A stretch of 64,000 nucleotides of DNA from Eledone cirrhosa (lineage: Eukaryota), in NCBI GenBank assembly GCA_964016885.1, contig OZ024750.1:37820001-37884000 (forward strand). The letters run 5' to 3'. Positions 1 to 15,000 of this stretch are shown here, one piece after another (within the stretch, counting starts at the first letter, position 1; each line of letters starts with the position of its first letter). The position numbers were made by a program, and so were the translations under genes. The notes under the pieces are model-generated. The model was not told where the DNA came from and ran no database searches. It saw only the letters and a program-made list of their open reading frames with translations.

Positions 1-2879
1 TGATGTACCATGAAGCTATGACTAACCTGTACACTGTATGTGATGTACCATGAATCTATGGCTAACCTGTACACTGTATGTGATGTACCGTGAAGCTATG
101 ACTAACCTATACGCTCTATGTGATGTACCATGAAGCTATGTCTAACCTGTACACCGTATGTGATGTACCATGAAGCTATGACTAACCTATACACTGTATG
201 TGATGTACCAGGAAGCTATGACAAACCTGTACCCTGTATGCGATGTACCATGAAGCTATGACTAACCTATACACTGTATGTGATGTACCATGCAGCTATG
301 ACTAACCTGTACACTGTATGTGATGTACCATGAAGCTATGGCTAACCTGTACACTGTATGTGATGTACCATGAAGCTATGGCTAACCTGTACACTGTATG
401 TGATGTACCATGAAGTTATAGCTAACCTGTACACTGTATGTGATGTACTATGAAGCTATGACTAATCTGTACACTGTATGTGATGTACCATGAAGCTATG
501 ACTAATCTGTACACTGTATGTGATGTAACATGAAGCTTTAGCTAACCTGTACACTGTATGTGATGTACCATGAAGCTATGACTAACCTATACACTGTATG
601 TGATGTACCATGAAGCTATAGCTAACCTATACACTGTATGTGATGTACCATGGAGTTATAGCTAACATGTACACTGTATGTGATGTACCATGAAGCTATG
701 ACTAATCTGTACACTGTATGTGATGTACCATGAAGCTATAGCTAACCGGTACACTGTATGTGATGTACCATGAAGCTATGACTAACCTGTACACTGTATG
801 TGATGTACCATGAAGCTATGACTAACCTGTACACTGTCTGTGATGTACCATGAAGCTATAGCTAACCTATACACTCTATGTGATGTACCATGAAACTATG
901 ACTAACCTGTACACTGTATGTGATGTACCATGAAGCTATGGCTAACCTGTACACTGTATGTGATGTAACATGAAGCTATAGCTAACCTGTACACTGTATG
1001 TGATGTACCATGAAGCTATGACTAACCTGTACACTGTATGTGATGTACCATGAAGCTATGACTAACCTGTACACTGTATGTGATGTACCATGAAGCTATG
1101 GCTAACCTGTACACTGTATGTGATGTACCATGAACCTATGGCTAACCTGTACACTGTATGTGATGTACCATGAAGTTATGACTAACATGTACACTGTATG
1201 TGATGTACCATGAAGCTATGGCTAACCTGTACACTGTATGTGATGTACCATGAAGCTATAGCTAGCCTATACACTGTATGTGATGTACCATGAAGCTATG
1301 ACTAACCTGTACACTGTATGTGATGTACCATGAAGCTATGACTAACCTATACACTGTATGTGATGTACCATGAAGCTATGACTAACCTGTACACTGAATG
1401 TGATGTACCATGAAGCTATGACTACCATGTACACTGTATGTGATGTACCATGAAGCTATGCTAACCTGTACACTGTATGTGATGTACCATGAAGCTATGG
1501 CTAACCTGTACAATGTATGTGATGTACCATGAAGCTATGACTAACCTATACACTGTATGTGATGTACCATGAAGCTATGACTAACCTGTACACTGTATGT
1601 GATGTACCATGAAGCTATGGCTAACCTGTACACTGTATGTGATGTACCATGAAGCTATGACTAACCTGTACACTGTATGTGATGTACCATGAAGCTATGG
1701 CTAACCTGTACACTGTATGTGATGTACCATGAAGCTATGACTAATCTGTACACTGTATGTGATGTAACATGAAGCTATAGCTAACCTGTACACTGTATGT
1801 GATGTACCATGAAGCTATGACTAACCTATACACTGTATGTGATGTACCATGAAGCTATAGCTAACCTGTACACTGTATGTGATGTACCATGAAGTTATAG
1901 CTAACCTGTACACTGTATGTGATGTACCATGAAGCTATGACTAATCTGTACACTGTATGTGATGTACCATGAAGCTATAGCTAACCCGTACACTGTATGT
2001 GATGTACCATGAAGCTATGACTAACCTGTACACTGTATGTGATGTACCATGAAGCTATGACTAACCTGTACACTGTATGTTATGTAACATGAAGCTATAG
2101 CTAACCTGTACACTGTATGTGATGTACCATGAAGCTATGACTAACCTGTACACTGTATGTGATGTACCATGAAGCTATAGCTAACCTATACACTGTATGT
2201 GATGTACCATGAAACTATGACTAACCTGTACACTGTATGTGATGTACCATGAAGCTATGGCTAACCTGTACACTGTATGTGATGTAACATGAAGCTATAG
2301 CTAAACTGTACACTGTATGTGATGTACCATGAAGCTATGACTAACCTGTACACTGTATGTGATGTACCATGAAGCTATGACTAACCTGTACACTGAATGT
2401 GATGTACCATGAAGCTATGGCTAACCTGTACACTGTATGTGATGTACCATGAAGCTATGGCTAACCTGTACACTGTATGTGATGTACCATGAAGCTATGG
2501 CTAACCTGTACACTGTATATGATGTACCATGAAGCTATGACTAACCTTTACACTGTATGTGATGTACCATGAAGCTATGGCTAACATGTACACTGTATGT
2601 GATGTACCATGAAGCTATGACTAACCTGTACACTGTATGTGATGTACCATGAAGCTAAAACTAACCTGTACACTGTATGTGATGTACCATGAAGCTATGA
2701 CTAACCTGTACACTGTATGTGATGTTCCATGAAGCTATGACTAACCTGTACACTGTATGTGATGTACCATGAAGCTATGGCTAACCTGTACACTGTATGT
2801 GATGTTCCATGAAGCTATGACTAACCTGTACACTGTATGTGATGTTCCATGAAGCTATGACTAACCTGTACACTGTATG

Positions 2880-5800
2880 TGATGTACTATGAAGCTATGG
2901 CTAACCTGTACACTGTATGTGATGTAGCATGAAGCTATGACTAACCTGTACACTGTATATGATGTACCATGAAGCTATGACTAACATGTACACTGTATGC
3001 GAAGTACCATGAAGCTATGACTAACCTGTACACTGTATGTGATGTACCATGAAGCTATGACTAATCTGTACACTGTATGTGATGTACCATGAAGCTATGA
3101 CTAACCTGTACACTGTATGTGATGTACCATGAAGCTATGACTAACCTATACACTGTATGTGTTGTACCATGTAGCTATGACTAATCTATACACTGTATGT
3201 GATGTACCATGAAGCTATGGCTAACCTGTACACTGTATGTGATGTACCATGAAGCTATGGCTAACCTGTACACTGTATGTGATGTACCATGAAGTTATGA
3301 CTAACATGTACACTGTATGTGATGTACCATGAAGCTATGACTAACCTGTACACTGTATGTGATGTACCATGAATCTATGGCTAACCTGTACACTGTATGT
3401 GATGTACCGTGAAGCTATGACTCACCTATACACTCTATGTGATGTACCATGAAGCTATGTCTAACCTGTACACCGTATGTGATGTACCATGAAGCTATGA
3501 CTAACCTATACACTGTATGTGATGTACCATGAAGCTATGACTAACCTGTACACTGTATGTGATGTACCATGAAGCTATGACTAACCTATACACTGTATGT
3601 GATGTACCATGCAGCTATGACTAACCTGTACACTGTATGTGATGTACCATGAAGCTATGGCTAACCTGTACACTGTATGTGATGTACCATGAAGCTATGG
3701 CTATCCTGTACACTGTATGTGATGTACCATGAAGTTATAGCTAGCCTGTACACTGTATGTGATGTACTATGAAGCTATGACTAATCTGTACACTGTATGT
3801 GATGTACCATGAAGCTATGACTAATCTGTACACTGTATGTGATGTAACATTAAGCTATAGCTAACCTGTACACTGTATGTGATGTACCCTGAAGCTATGA
3901 CTAACCTATACACTGTATGTGATGTACCATGAAGCTATAGCTAACCTGTACACTGTATGTGATGTACCATGAAGTTATAGCTAACCTGTACACTGTATGT
4001 GATGTACCATGAAGCTATGACTAATCTGTACACTGTATGTGATGTACCATGAAGCTATAGCTAACCCGTACACTGTATGTGATGTACCATGAAGCTATGA
4101 CTAACCTGTACACTGTATGTGATGTACCATGAAGCTATGACTAACCTGTACACTGTATGTGATGTACCATGAAGCTATGACTAAACTATACACTGTATGT
4201 GATGTACCATGTAGCTATGACTAACCTTTACACTGTATGTGATGTACCATGAAGCTATGGCTAACCTGTACACTGTATGTGATGTATCATGAACCTATGG
4301 CTAACCTGTACACTGTATGTGATGTACCATGAAGTTATGACTAACATGTACACTGTATGTGATGAACCATGAAGCTATGGCTAACCTGTACACTGTATGT
4401 GATGTACCATGAAGCTATAGCTAACCTATACACTGTATGTGATGTACCATGAAGCTATGACTAACCTGTACACTGTATGTGATGTACCATGAAGCTATGA
4501 CTAACCTGTACACTGTATGTGATGTACCATGAAGCTATGGCTAACCTGTACACTGTATGTGATGTACCATGAAGCTATGACTAACCTGTACACTGTATGT
4601 GATGTACCATGAAGCTATGGCTAACCTGTACACTGTATGTGATGTACCATGAAGCTATAGCTAACCTATACACTGTATGTGATGTACCATGAAACTATGA
4701 CTAACCTGTACACTGTATGTGATGTACCATGAAGCTATGGCTAACCTGTACACTGTATGTGATGTACCATGAAGCTATGGCTAACCTGTACACTGTATGT
4801 GATGTACCATGAAGCTATGGCTAACCTGTACACTGTATATGATGTACCATGCAGCTATGACTAACCTTTACACTGTATGTGATGTACCATGAAGCTATGG
4901 CTAACATGTACACTGTATGTGAAGTACCATGAAGCTATGACTAACCTGTACACTGTATGTGATGTACCATGAAGCTATGGCTAACCTGTACAATGTATGT
5001 GATGTACCATGAAGATATGACTAACCTATACACTGTATGTGATGTACCATGAAGCTATGACTAACCTGTACACTGTATGTGATGTACCATGAAGCTATGG
5101 CTAACCTGTACACTGTATGTGATGTACCAAGAAGCTATGACTAACCTGTACACTGTATGTGATGTACCATGAAGCTATGGCTAACCTGTACACTGTATGT
5201 GATGTACCATGAAGCTATGGCTAACCTGTACACTGTATGTGATGTAGCATGAAGCTATGACTAACCTGTACACTGTATATGATGTACCATGAAGCTATGA
5301 CTAACATGTACACTGTATGCGAAGTACCATGAAGCTATGACTAACCTGTACACTGTATGTGATGTACCATGAAGCTATGACTGATCTGTACACTGTATGT
5401 GATGTACCATGAAGCTATGACTAACCTGTACACTGTATGTGATGTACCATGAAGCTATGACTAACCTATACACTGTATGTGTTGTACCATGTAGCTATGA
5501 CTAATCTATACACTGTATGTGATGTACCATGAAGCTATGGCTAACCTGTACACTGTATGTGATGTACCATGAAGCTATGGCTAACCTGTACACTGTATGT
5601 GATGTACCATGAAGTTATGACTAACATGTACACTGTATGTGATGTACCATGAAGCTATGACTAACCTGTACACTGTATGTGATGTACCATGAATCTATGG
5701 CTAACCTGTACACTGTATGTGATGTACCGTGAAGCTATGACTAACCTATACACTCTATGTGATGTACCATGAAGCTATGTCTAACCTGTACACCGTATGT

Positions 5801-8800
5801 GATGTACCATGAAGCTATGACTAACCTATACACTGTATGTGATGTACCATGAAGCTATGACTAACCTGTACACTGTATGTGATGTACCATGAAGCTATGA
5901 CTAACCTATACACTGTATGTGATGTACCATGCAGCTATGACTAACCTGTACACTGTATGTGATGTACCATGAAGCTATGGCTAACCTGTACACTGTATGT
6001 GATGTACCATGAAGCTATGGCTAACCTGTACACTGTATGTGATGTACCATGAAGTTATAGCTAGCCTGTACACTGTATGTGATGTACTATGAAGCTATGA
6101 CTAATCTGTACACTGTATGTGATGTACCATGAAGCTATGACTAATCTGTACACTGTATGTGATGTAACATTAAGCTATAGCTAACCTGTACACTGTATGT
6201 GATGTACCCTGAAGCTATGACTAACCTATACACTGTATGTGATGTACCATGAAGCTATAGCTAACCTGTACACTGTATGTGATGTACCATGAAGTTATAG
6301 CTAACCTGTACACTGTATGTGATGTACCATGAAGCTATGACTAATCTGTACACTGTATGTGATGTACCATGAAGCTATAGCTAACCCGTACACTGTATGT
6401 GATGTACCATGAAGCTATGACTAACCTGTACACTGTATGTGATGTACCATGAAGCTATGACTAACCTGTACACTGTATGTGATGTACCATGAAGCTATGA
6501 CTAAACTATACACTGTATGTGATGTACCATGTAGCTATGACTAACCTTTACACTGTATGTGATGTACCATGAAGCTATGGCTAACCTGTACACTGTATGT
6601 GATGTATCATGAACCTATGGCTAACCTGTACACTGTATGTGATGTACCATGAAGTTATGACTAACATGTACACTGTATGTGATGAACCATGAAGCTATGG
6701 CTAACCTGTACACTGTATGTGATGTACCATGAAGCTATAGCTAACCTATACACTGTATGTGATGTACCATGAAGCTATGACTAACCTGTACACTGTATGT
6801 GATGTACCATGAAGCTATGACTAACCTGTACACTGTATGTGATGTACCATGAAGCTATGGCTAACCTGTACACTGTATGTGATGTACCATGAAGCTATGA
6901 CTAACCTGTACACTGTATGTGATGTACCATGAAGCTATGGCTAACCTGTACACTGTATGTGATGTACCATGAAGCTATAGCTAACCTATACACTGTATGT
7001 GATGTACCATGAAACTATGACTAACCTGTACACTGTATGTGATGTACCATGAAGCTATGGCTAACCTGTACACTGTAAGTGATGTACCATGAAGCTATGG
7101 CTAACCTGTACACTGTATGTGATGTACCATGAAGCTATGGCTAACCTCTACACTGTATATGATGTACCATGAAGCTATGACTAACCTTTACACTGTATGT
7201 GATGTACCATGAAGCTATGACTAACCTGTACACTGTATGTGATGTACCATGAAGCTATGGCTAACCTGTACACTGTATGTGATGTACCAAGAAGCTATGG
7301 CTAACCTGTACACTGTATGTGATGTACCATGAAGCTATGGCTAACCTGTACACTGTATGTGATGTACCATGAAGCCATGACTAACCTGTACACTGTATAT
7401 GATGTACCATGAAGCTATGACTAACCTTTACACTGTATGTGATGTACCATGAAGCTATGGCTAACATGTACATTGTATGTGATGTACCATGAAGCTATGA
7501 CTAACCTGTACACTGTATGTGATGTACCATGAAGCTATGGCTAACCTGTACACTGTATGTGATGTACCATGAAGCTATGACTAACCTGTACACTGTATGT
7601 GATGTACCATGAAGTTATGACTAACATGTACACTGTATGTGATGTACCATGAAGCTATGACTAACCTGTACACTGTATGTGATGTACCATGAATCTATGG
7701 CTAACCTGTACACTGTATGTGATGTACCGTGAAGCTATGACTAACCTATACACTCTATGTGATGTACCATGAAGCTATGTCTAACCTGTACACCGTATGT
7801 GATGTACCATGAAGCTATGACTAACCTATACACTGTATGTGATGTACCATGAAGCTATGACTAACCTGTACACTGTATGTGATGTACCATGAAGCTATGA
7901 CTAACCTATACACTGTATGTGATGTACCATGCAGCTATGACTAACCTGTACACTGTATGTGATGTACCATGAAGCTATGGCTAACCTGTACACTGTATGT
8001 GATGTACCATGAAGCTATGGCTAACCTGTACACTGTATGTGATGTACCATGAAGTTATAGCTAGCCTGTACACTGTATGTGATGTACTATGAAGCTATGA
8101 CTAATCTGTACACTGTATGTGATGTACCATGAAGCTATGACTAATCTGTACACTGTATGTGATGTAACATTAAGCTATAGCTAACCTGTACACTGTATGT
8201 GATGTACCCTGAAGCTATGACTAACCTATACACTGTATGTGATGTACCATGAAGCTATAGCTAACCTGTACACTGTATGTGATGTACCATGAAGTTATAG
8301 CTAACCTGTACACTGTATGTGATGTACCATGAAGCTATGACTAATCTGTACACTGTATGTGATGTACCATGAAGCTATAGCTAACCCGTACACTGTATGT
8401 GATGTACCATGAAGCTATGACTAACCTGTACACTGTATGTGATGTACCATGAAGCTATGACTAACCTGTACACTGTATGTGATGTACCATGAAGCTATGA
8501 CTAAACTATACACTGTATGTGATGTACCATGTAGCTATGACTAACCTTTACACTGTATGTGATGTACCATGAAGCTATGGCTAACCTGTACACTGTATGT
8601 GATGTATCATGAACCTATGGCTAACCTGTACACTGTATGTGATGTACCATGAAGTTATGACTAACATGTACACTGTATGTGATGAACCATGAAGCTATGG
8701 CTAACCTGTACACTGTATGTGATGTACCATGAAGCTATAGCTAACCTATACACTGTATGTGATGTACCATGAAGCTATGACTAACCTGTACACTGTATGT

Positions 8801-9080
8801 GATGTACCATGAAGCTATGACTAACCTGTACACTGTATGTGATGTACCATGAAGCTATGGCTAACCTGTACACTGTATGTGATGTACCATGAAGCTATGA
8901 CTAACCTGTACACTGTATGTGATGTACCATGAAGCTATGGCTAACCTGTACACTGTATGTGATGTACCATGAAGCTATAGCTAACCTATACACTGTATGT
9001 GATGTACCATGAAACTATGACTAACCTGTACACTGTATGTGATGTACCATGAAGCTATGGCTAACCTGTACACTGTATGT
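2880..9080 (+). repeat. Higher-order block present in three copies (offsets 2320 bp = 58 monomers and 2000 bp = 50 monomers); boundaries approximate
   Basis: Rare variants recur in the same order: GAATCT at 3371/5691/7691, CTAGCC at 3741/6061/8061, AACATTAAG at about 3851/6171/8171 and GTACCCT at about 3890/6210/8210. Confidence 0.88.
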
Positions 9081-12000
9081 GATGTAACAGGAAGCTATAG
9101 CAAACCTGTACACTGTATGTGATGTACCATGAAACTATGACTAACCTGTACACTGCAAGTGATGTACCATGAAGCTATGGCTAACCTGTACACTGTATGT
9201 GATGTACCATGAAGCTATGACTAACCTGTACACTGTATGTGATGTACCATGAAGCTATGACTAACCTGTACACTGTATGTGATGTACCATGAAGCTATGG
9301 CTAACCTGTACACTGTATGTGATGTACCATGAAGCTATGGCTAACCTGTACACTGTATGTGATGTACCATGAAGCTATGGCTAACCTGTACACTGTATAT
9401 GATGTACCATGAAGCTATGACTAACCTTTACACTGTATGTGATGTACCATGAAGCTATGGCTAACATGTACACTGTATGTGAAGTACCATGAAGCTATGA
9501 CTAACCTGTACACTGTATGTGATGTACCATGAAGCTATGGCTAACCTGTACACTGTATGTGATGTACCATGAAGCTATGGCTAACCTGTACACTGTATGT
9601 GATGTACCATGAAGCTATGACTAACCTGTACACTGTATGTGATGTACCATGAAGCTATAGCTAACCTGTACACTGTATGTGATGTACCATGAAGCTATGG
9701 CTAACCTGTACACTGTATGTGATGTACCATGAAGCTATGTCTAACCTGTACACTGTATATGATGTACCATGAAGCTATGACTAACCTGTACACTGAATGT
9801 GATGTACCATGAAGCTATGACTAACATGTACACTGTATGTGATGTACCATGAAGCTATGACTAACCTGTACACTGTATGTGATGTACCATGAAGCTATGC
9901 TAACCTGTACACTGTATGTGATGTACCATGAAGCTATGGCTAACCTGTACAATGTATGTGATGTACCATGAAGCTATGACTAACCTATACACTGTATGTG
10001 ATGTACCATGAAGCTATGACTAACCTGTACACTGTATGTGATGTACCATGAAGCTATGGCTAACCTGTACACTGTATGTGATGTACCAAGAAGCTATGAC
10101 TAACCTGTACACTGTATGTGATGTACCATGAAGCTATGGCTAACCTGTACACTGTATGTGATGTACCATGAAGCTATGGCTATTCTGTACACTGTATGTG
10201 ATGTACCATGAAGCTATGGCTAACCTGTACACTGTATGTGATGTACCATGAAGCTATGGCTAACCTGTACACTGTATGTGATGTACCATGAAGCTATGAC
10301 TAACCTATACACTGTATGTGATGTACCATGAAGCTATAGCTAACCTGTACACAGTATGTGATGTACCATGAAGCTATGGCTAACCTGTACACTGTATGTG
10401 ATGTACCATGAAGCCATGACTAACCTGTACACTGTATATGATGTACCATGAAGCTATGACTAACCTTTACACTGTATGTGATGTACCATGAAGCTATGGC
10501 TAACATGTACACTGTATGTGATGTACCATGAAGCTATGACTAACCTGTACACTGTATGTGATGTACCATGAAGCTATGGCTAACCTGTACACTGTATGTG
10601 ATGTACCATGAAGCTATGACTAACCTGTACACTGTATGTGATGTTCCATGAAGCTATGACTAACCTGTACACTGTATGTGATGTACCATGAAGCTATGGC
10701 TAACCTGTACACTGTATGTGATGTAGCATGAAGCTATGACTAACCTGTACACTGTATATGATGTACCATGAAGCTATGACTAACATGTACACTGTATGCG
10801 AAGTACCATGAAGCTATGACTAACCTGTACACTGTATGTGATGTACCATGAAGCTATGACTAACCTGTACACTGTATGTGATGTACCATGAAGCTATGAC
10901 TAACCTGTACACTGTATGTGATGTACCATGAAGCTATGACTAACCTATACACTGTATGTGTTGTACCATGTAGCTATGACTAATCTATACACTGTATGTG
11001 ATGTACCATGAAGCTATGGCTAACCTGTACACTGTATGTGATGTACCATGAAGCTATGGCTAACCTGTACACTCTATGTGATGTACCATGAAGTTATGAC
11101 TAACATGTACACTGTATGTGATGTACCATGAAGCTATGACTAACCTGTACACTGTATGTGATGTACCATGAATCTATGGCTAACCTGTACACTGTATGTG
11201 ATGTACCGTGAAGCTATGACTAACCTATACACTCTATGTGATGTACCATGAAGCTATGTCTAACCTGTACACCGTATGTGATGTACCATGAAGCTATCAC
11301 TAACCTATACACTGTATGTGATGTACCATGAAGCTATGACTAACCTGTACACTGTATGTGATGTACCATGAAGCTATGACTAACCTATACACTGTATGTG
11401 ATGTACCATGCAGCTATGACTAACCTGTACACTGTATGTGATGTACCATGAAGCTATGGCTAACCTGTACACTGTATGTGATGTACCATGAAGCTATGGC
11501 TAACCTGTACACTGTATGTGATGTACCATGAAGTTATAGCTAACCTGTACACTGTATGTGATGTACTATGAAGTTATGACTAATCTGTACACTGTATGTG
11601 ATGTACCATGAAGCTATGACTAATCTGTACACTGTATGTGATGTAACATGAAGCTATAGCTAACCTGTACACTGTATGTGATGTACCATGAAGCTATGAC
11701 TAACCTATACACTGTATGTGATGTACCATGAAGCTATAGCTAACCTGTACACTGTATGTGATGTACCATGAAGTTATAGCTAACCTGTACACTGTATGTG
11801 ATGTACCATGAAGCTATGACTAATCTGTACACTGTATGTGATGTACCATGAAGCTATAGCTAACCCGTACACTGTATGTGATGTACCATGAAGCTATGAC
11901 TAACCTGTACACTGTATGTGATGTACCATGAAGCTATGACTAACCTGTACACTGTATGTTATGTAACATGAAGCTATAGCTAACCTGTACACTGTATGTG

Positions 12001-15000
12001 ATGTACCATGAAGCTATGACTAACCTGTACACTGTATGTGATGTACCATGAAGCTATAGCTAACCTATACACTGTATGTCATGTACCATGAAACTATGAC
12101 TAACCTGTACACTGTATGTGATGTACCATGAAGCTATGGCTAACCTGTACACTGTATGTGATGTAACATGAAGCTATAGCTAACCTGTACACTGTATGTG
12201 ATGTACCATGAAGCTATGACTAACCTGTACACTGTATGTGATGTACCATGAAGCTATGACTAACCTGTACACTGAATGTGATGTACCATGAAGCTATGGC
12301 TAACCTGTACACTGTATGTGATGTACCATGAAGCTATGGCTAACCTGTACACTGTATGTGATGTACCATGAAGCTATGGCTAACCTGTACACTGTATATG
12401 ATGTACCATGAAGCTATGACTAACCTTTACACTGTATGTGATGTACCATGAAGCTATGGCTAACATGTACACTGTATGTGATGTACCATGAAGCTATGAC
12501 TAACCTGTACACTGTATGTGATGTACCATGAAGCTAAAACTAACCTGTACACTGTATGTGATGTACCATGAAGCTATGACTAACCTGTACACTGTATGTG
12601 ATGTTCCATGAAGCTATGACTAACCTGTACACTGTATGTGATGTACCATGAAGCTATGGCTAACCTGTACACTGTATGTGATGTACCATGAAGCTATGAC
12701 TAACCTGTACACTGTATATGATGTACCATGAAGCTATGACTAACATGTACACTGTATGCCATGTACCATGAAGCTATGACTAACCTGTACACTGTATGTG
12801 ATGTACCATGAAGCTATGACTAACCTGTACACTGTATGTGATGTACCATGAAGTTATGACTAACCTGTACACTGTATGTGACGTACCATGAAGCTATGAC
12901 TAAACTATACACTGTATGTGATGTACCATGAAATTATGACTAACATGTACACTGTATGTGATGTACCATGAAGCTATGGCTAACCTGTACACTGTATGTG
13001 ATGTACCATGAAGCTATAGCTAACCTATACACTGTATGTGATGTACCATGAAGCTATGACTAAACTATACACTGTATGTGATGTACCATGTAGCTATGAC
13101 TAACCTTTACACTGTATGTGATGTACCATGAAGCTATGGCTAACCTGTACACTGTATGTGATGTATCATGAACCTATGGCTAACCTGTACACTGTATGTG
13201 ATGTACCATGAAGTTATGACTAACATGTACACTGTATGTGATGAACCATGAAGCTATGGCTAACCTGTACACTGTATGTGATGTACCATGAAGCTATAGC
13301 TAACCTATACACTGTATGTGATGTACCATGAAGCTATGACTAACCTGTACACTGTATGTGATGTACCATGAAGCTATGACTAACCTGTACACTGTATGTG
13401 ATGTACCATGAAGCTATGGCTAACCTTTACACTGTATGTGATGTACCATGAAGCTATGACTAACCTGTACACTGTATGTGATGTACCATGAAGCTATGGC
13501 TAACCTGTACACTGTATGTGATGTACCATGAAGCTATGGCTAACCTGTACACTGTATGTGATGTACCATGAAGCTATGACTAACCTGTATACTGTATGTG
13601 ATGTACCATGAAGCTATGACTAACCTTTACACTGTATGTGATGTACCATGAAGCTATGACTAACCTGTACACTGTATGTGATGTACCATGAAGCTATAGC
13701 TAACCTGTACACTGTATGTGATGTACCATGAAGCTATGGCTAACCTGTACACTGTATGTGATGTACCATGAAGCTATGACTAACCTGTACACTGTATATG
13801 ATGTACCATGAAGCTATGACTAACCTGTACACTGAATGTGATGTACCATGAAGCTATGACTAACATGTACACTGTATGTGATGTACCATGAAGCTATGAC
13901 TAACCTGTACACTGTATGTGATGTACCATGAAGCTATGCTAACCTGTACACTGTATGTGATGTACCATGAAGCTATGGCTAACCTGTACAATGTATGTGA
14001 TGTACCATGAAGCTATGACTAACCTATACACTGTATGTGATGTACCATGAAGCTATGACTAACCTGTACACTGTATGTGATGTACCATGAAGCTATGGCT
14101 AACCTGTACACTGTATGTGATGTACCATGAAGCTATGACTAACCTGTACACTCTATGTGATGTACCATGAAGCTATGGCTAACCTGTACACTGTATGTGA
14201 TGTACCATGAAGCTATAGCTAACCTGTACACTGTATGTGATGTACCGTGAAGCTATGGCTAACCTGTACACAGTATGTGATGTACCATGAAGCCATGACT
14301 AACCTGTACACTTTATATGATGTACCATGAAGCTATGACTAACCTTTACACTGTATGTGATGTACCATGAAGCTATGGCTAACATGTACACTGTATGTGA
14401 TGTACCATGAAGCTATGACTAACCTGTACACTGTATGTGATGTACCATGAAGCTATGGCTAACCTGTACACTGTATGTGATGTACCATGAAGTTATGACT
14501 AACCTGTACACTGTATGTGATGTTCCATGAAGTTATGACTAACATGTACACTGTATGTGATGTACCATGAAGCTATGACTAACCTGTACACTGTATGTGA
14601 TGTACCATGAATCTATGGCTAACCTGTACACTGTATGTGATGTACCGTGAAGCTATGACTAACCTATACACTCTATGTGATGTACCATGAAGCTATGTCT
14701 AACCTGTACACCGTATGTGATGTACCATGAAGCTATGACTAACCTGTACACTGTATGTGATGTACCATGAATCTATGGCTAACCTGTACACTGTATGTGA
14801 TGTACCGTGAAGCTATGACTAACCTATACACTCTATGTGATGTACCATGAAGCTATGTCTAACCTGTACACTGTATGTGATGTACCATGAAGTTATAGCT
14901 AACCTGTACACTGTATGTGATGTACCATGAAGCTATGACTAATCTGTACACTGTATGTGATGTACCATGAAGCTATAGCTAACCCGTACACTGTATGTGA

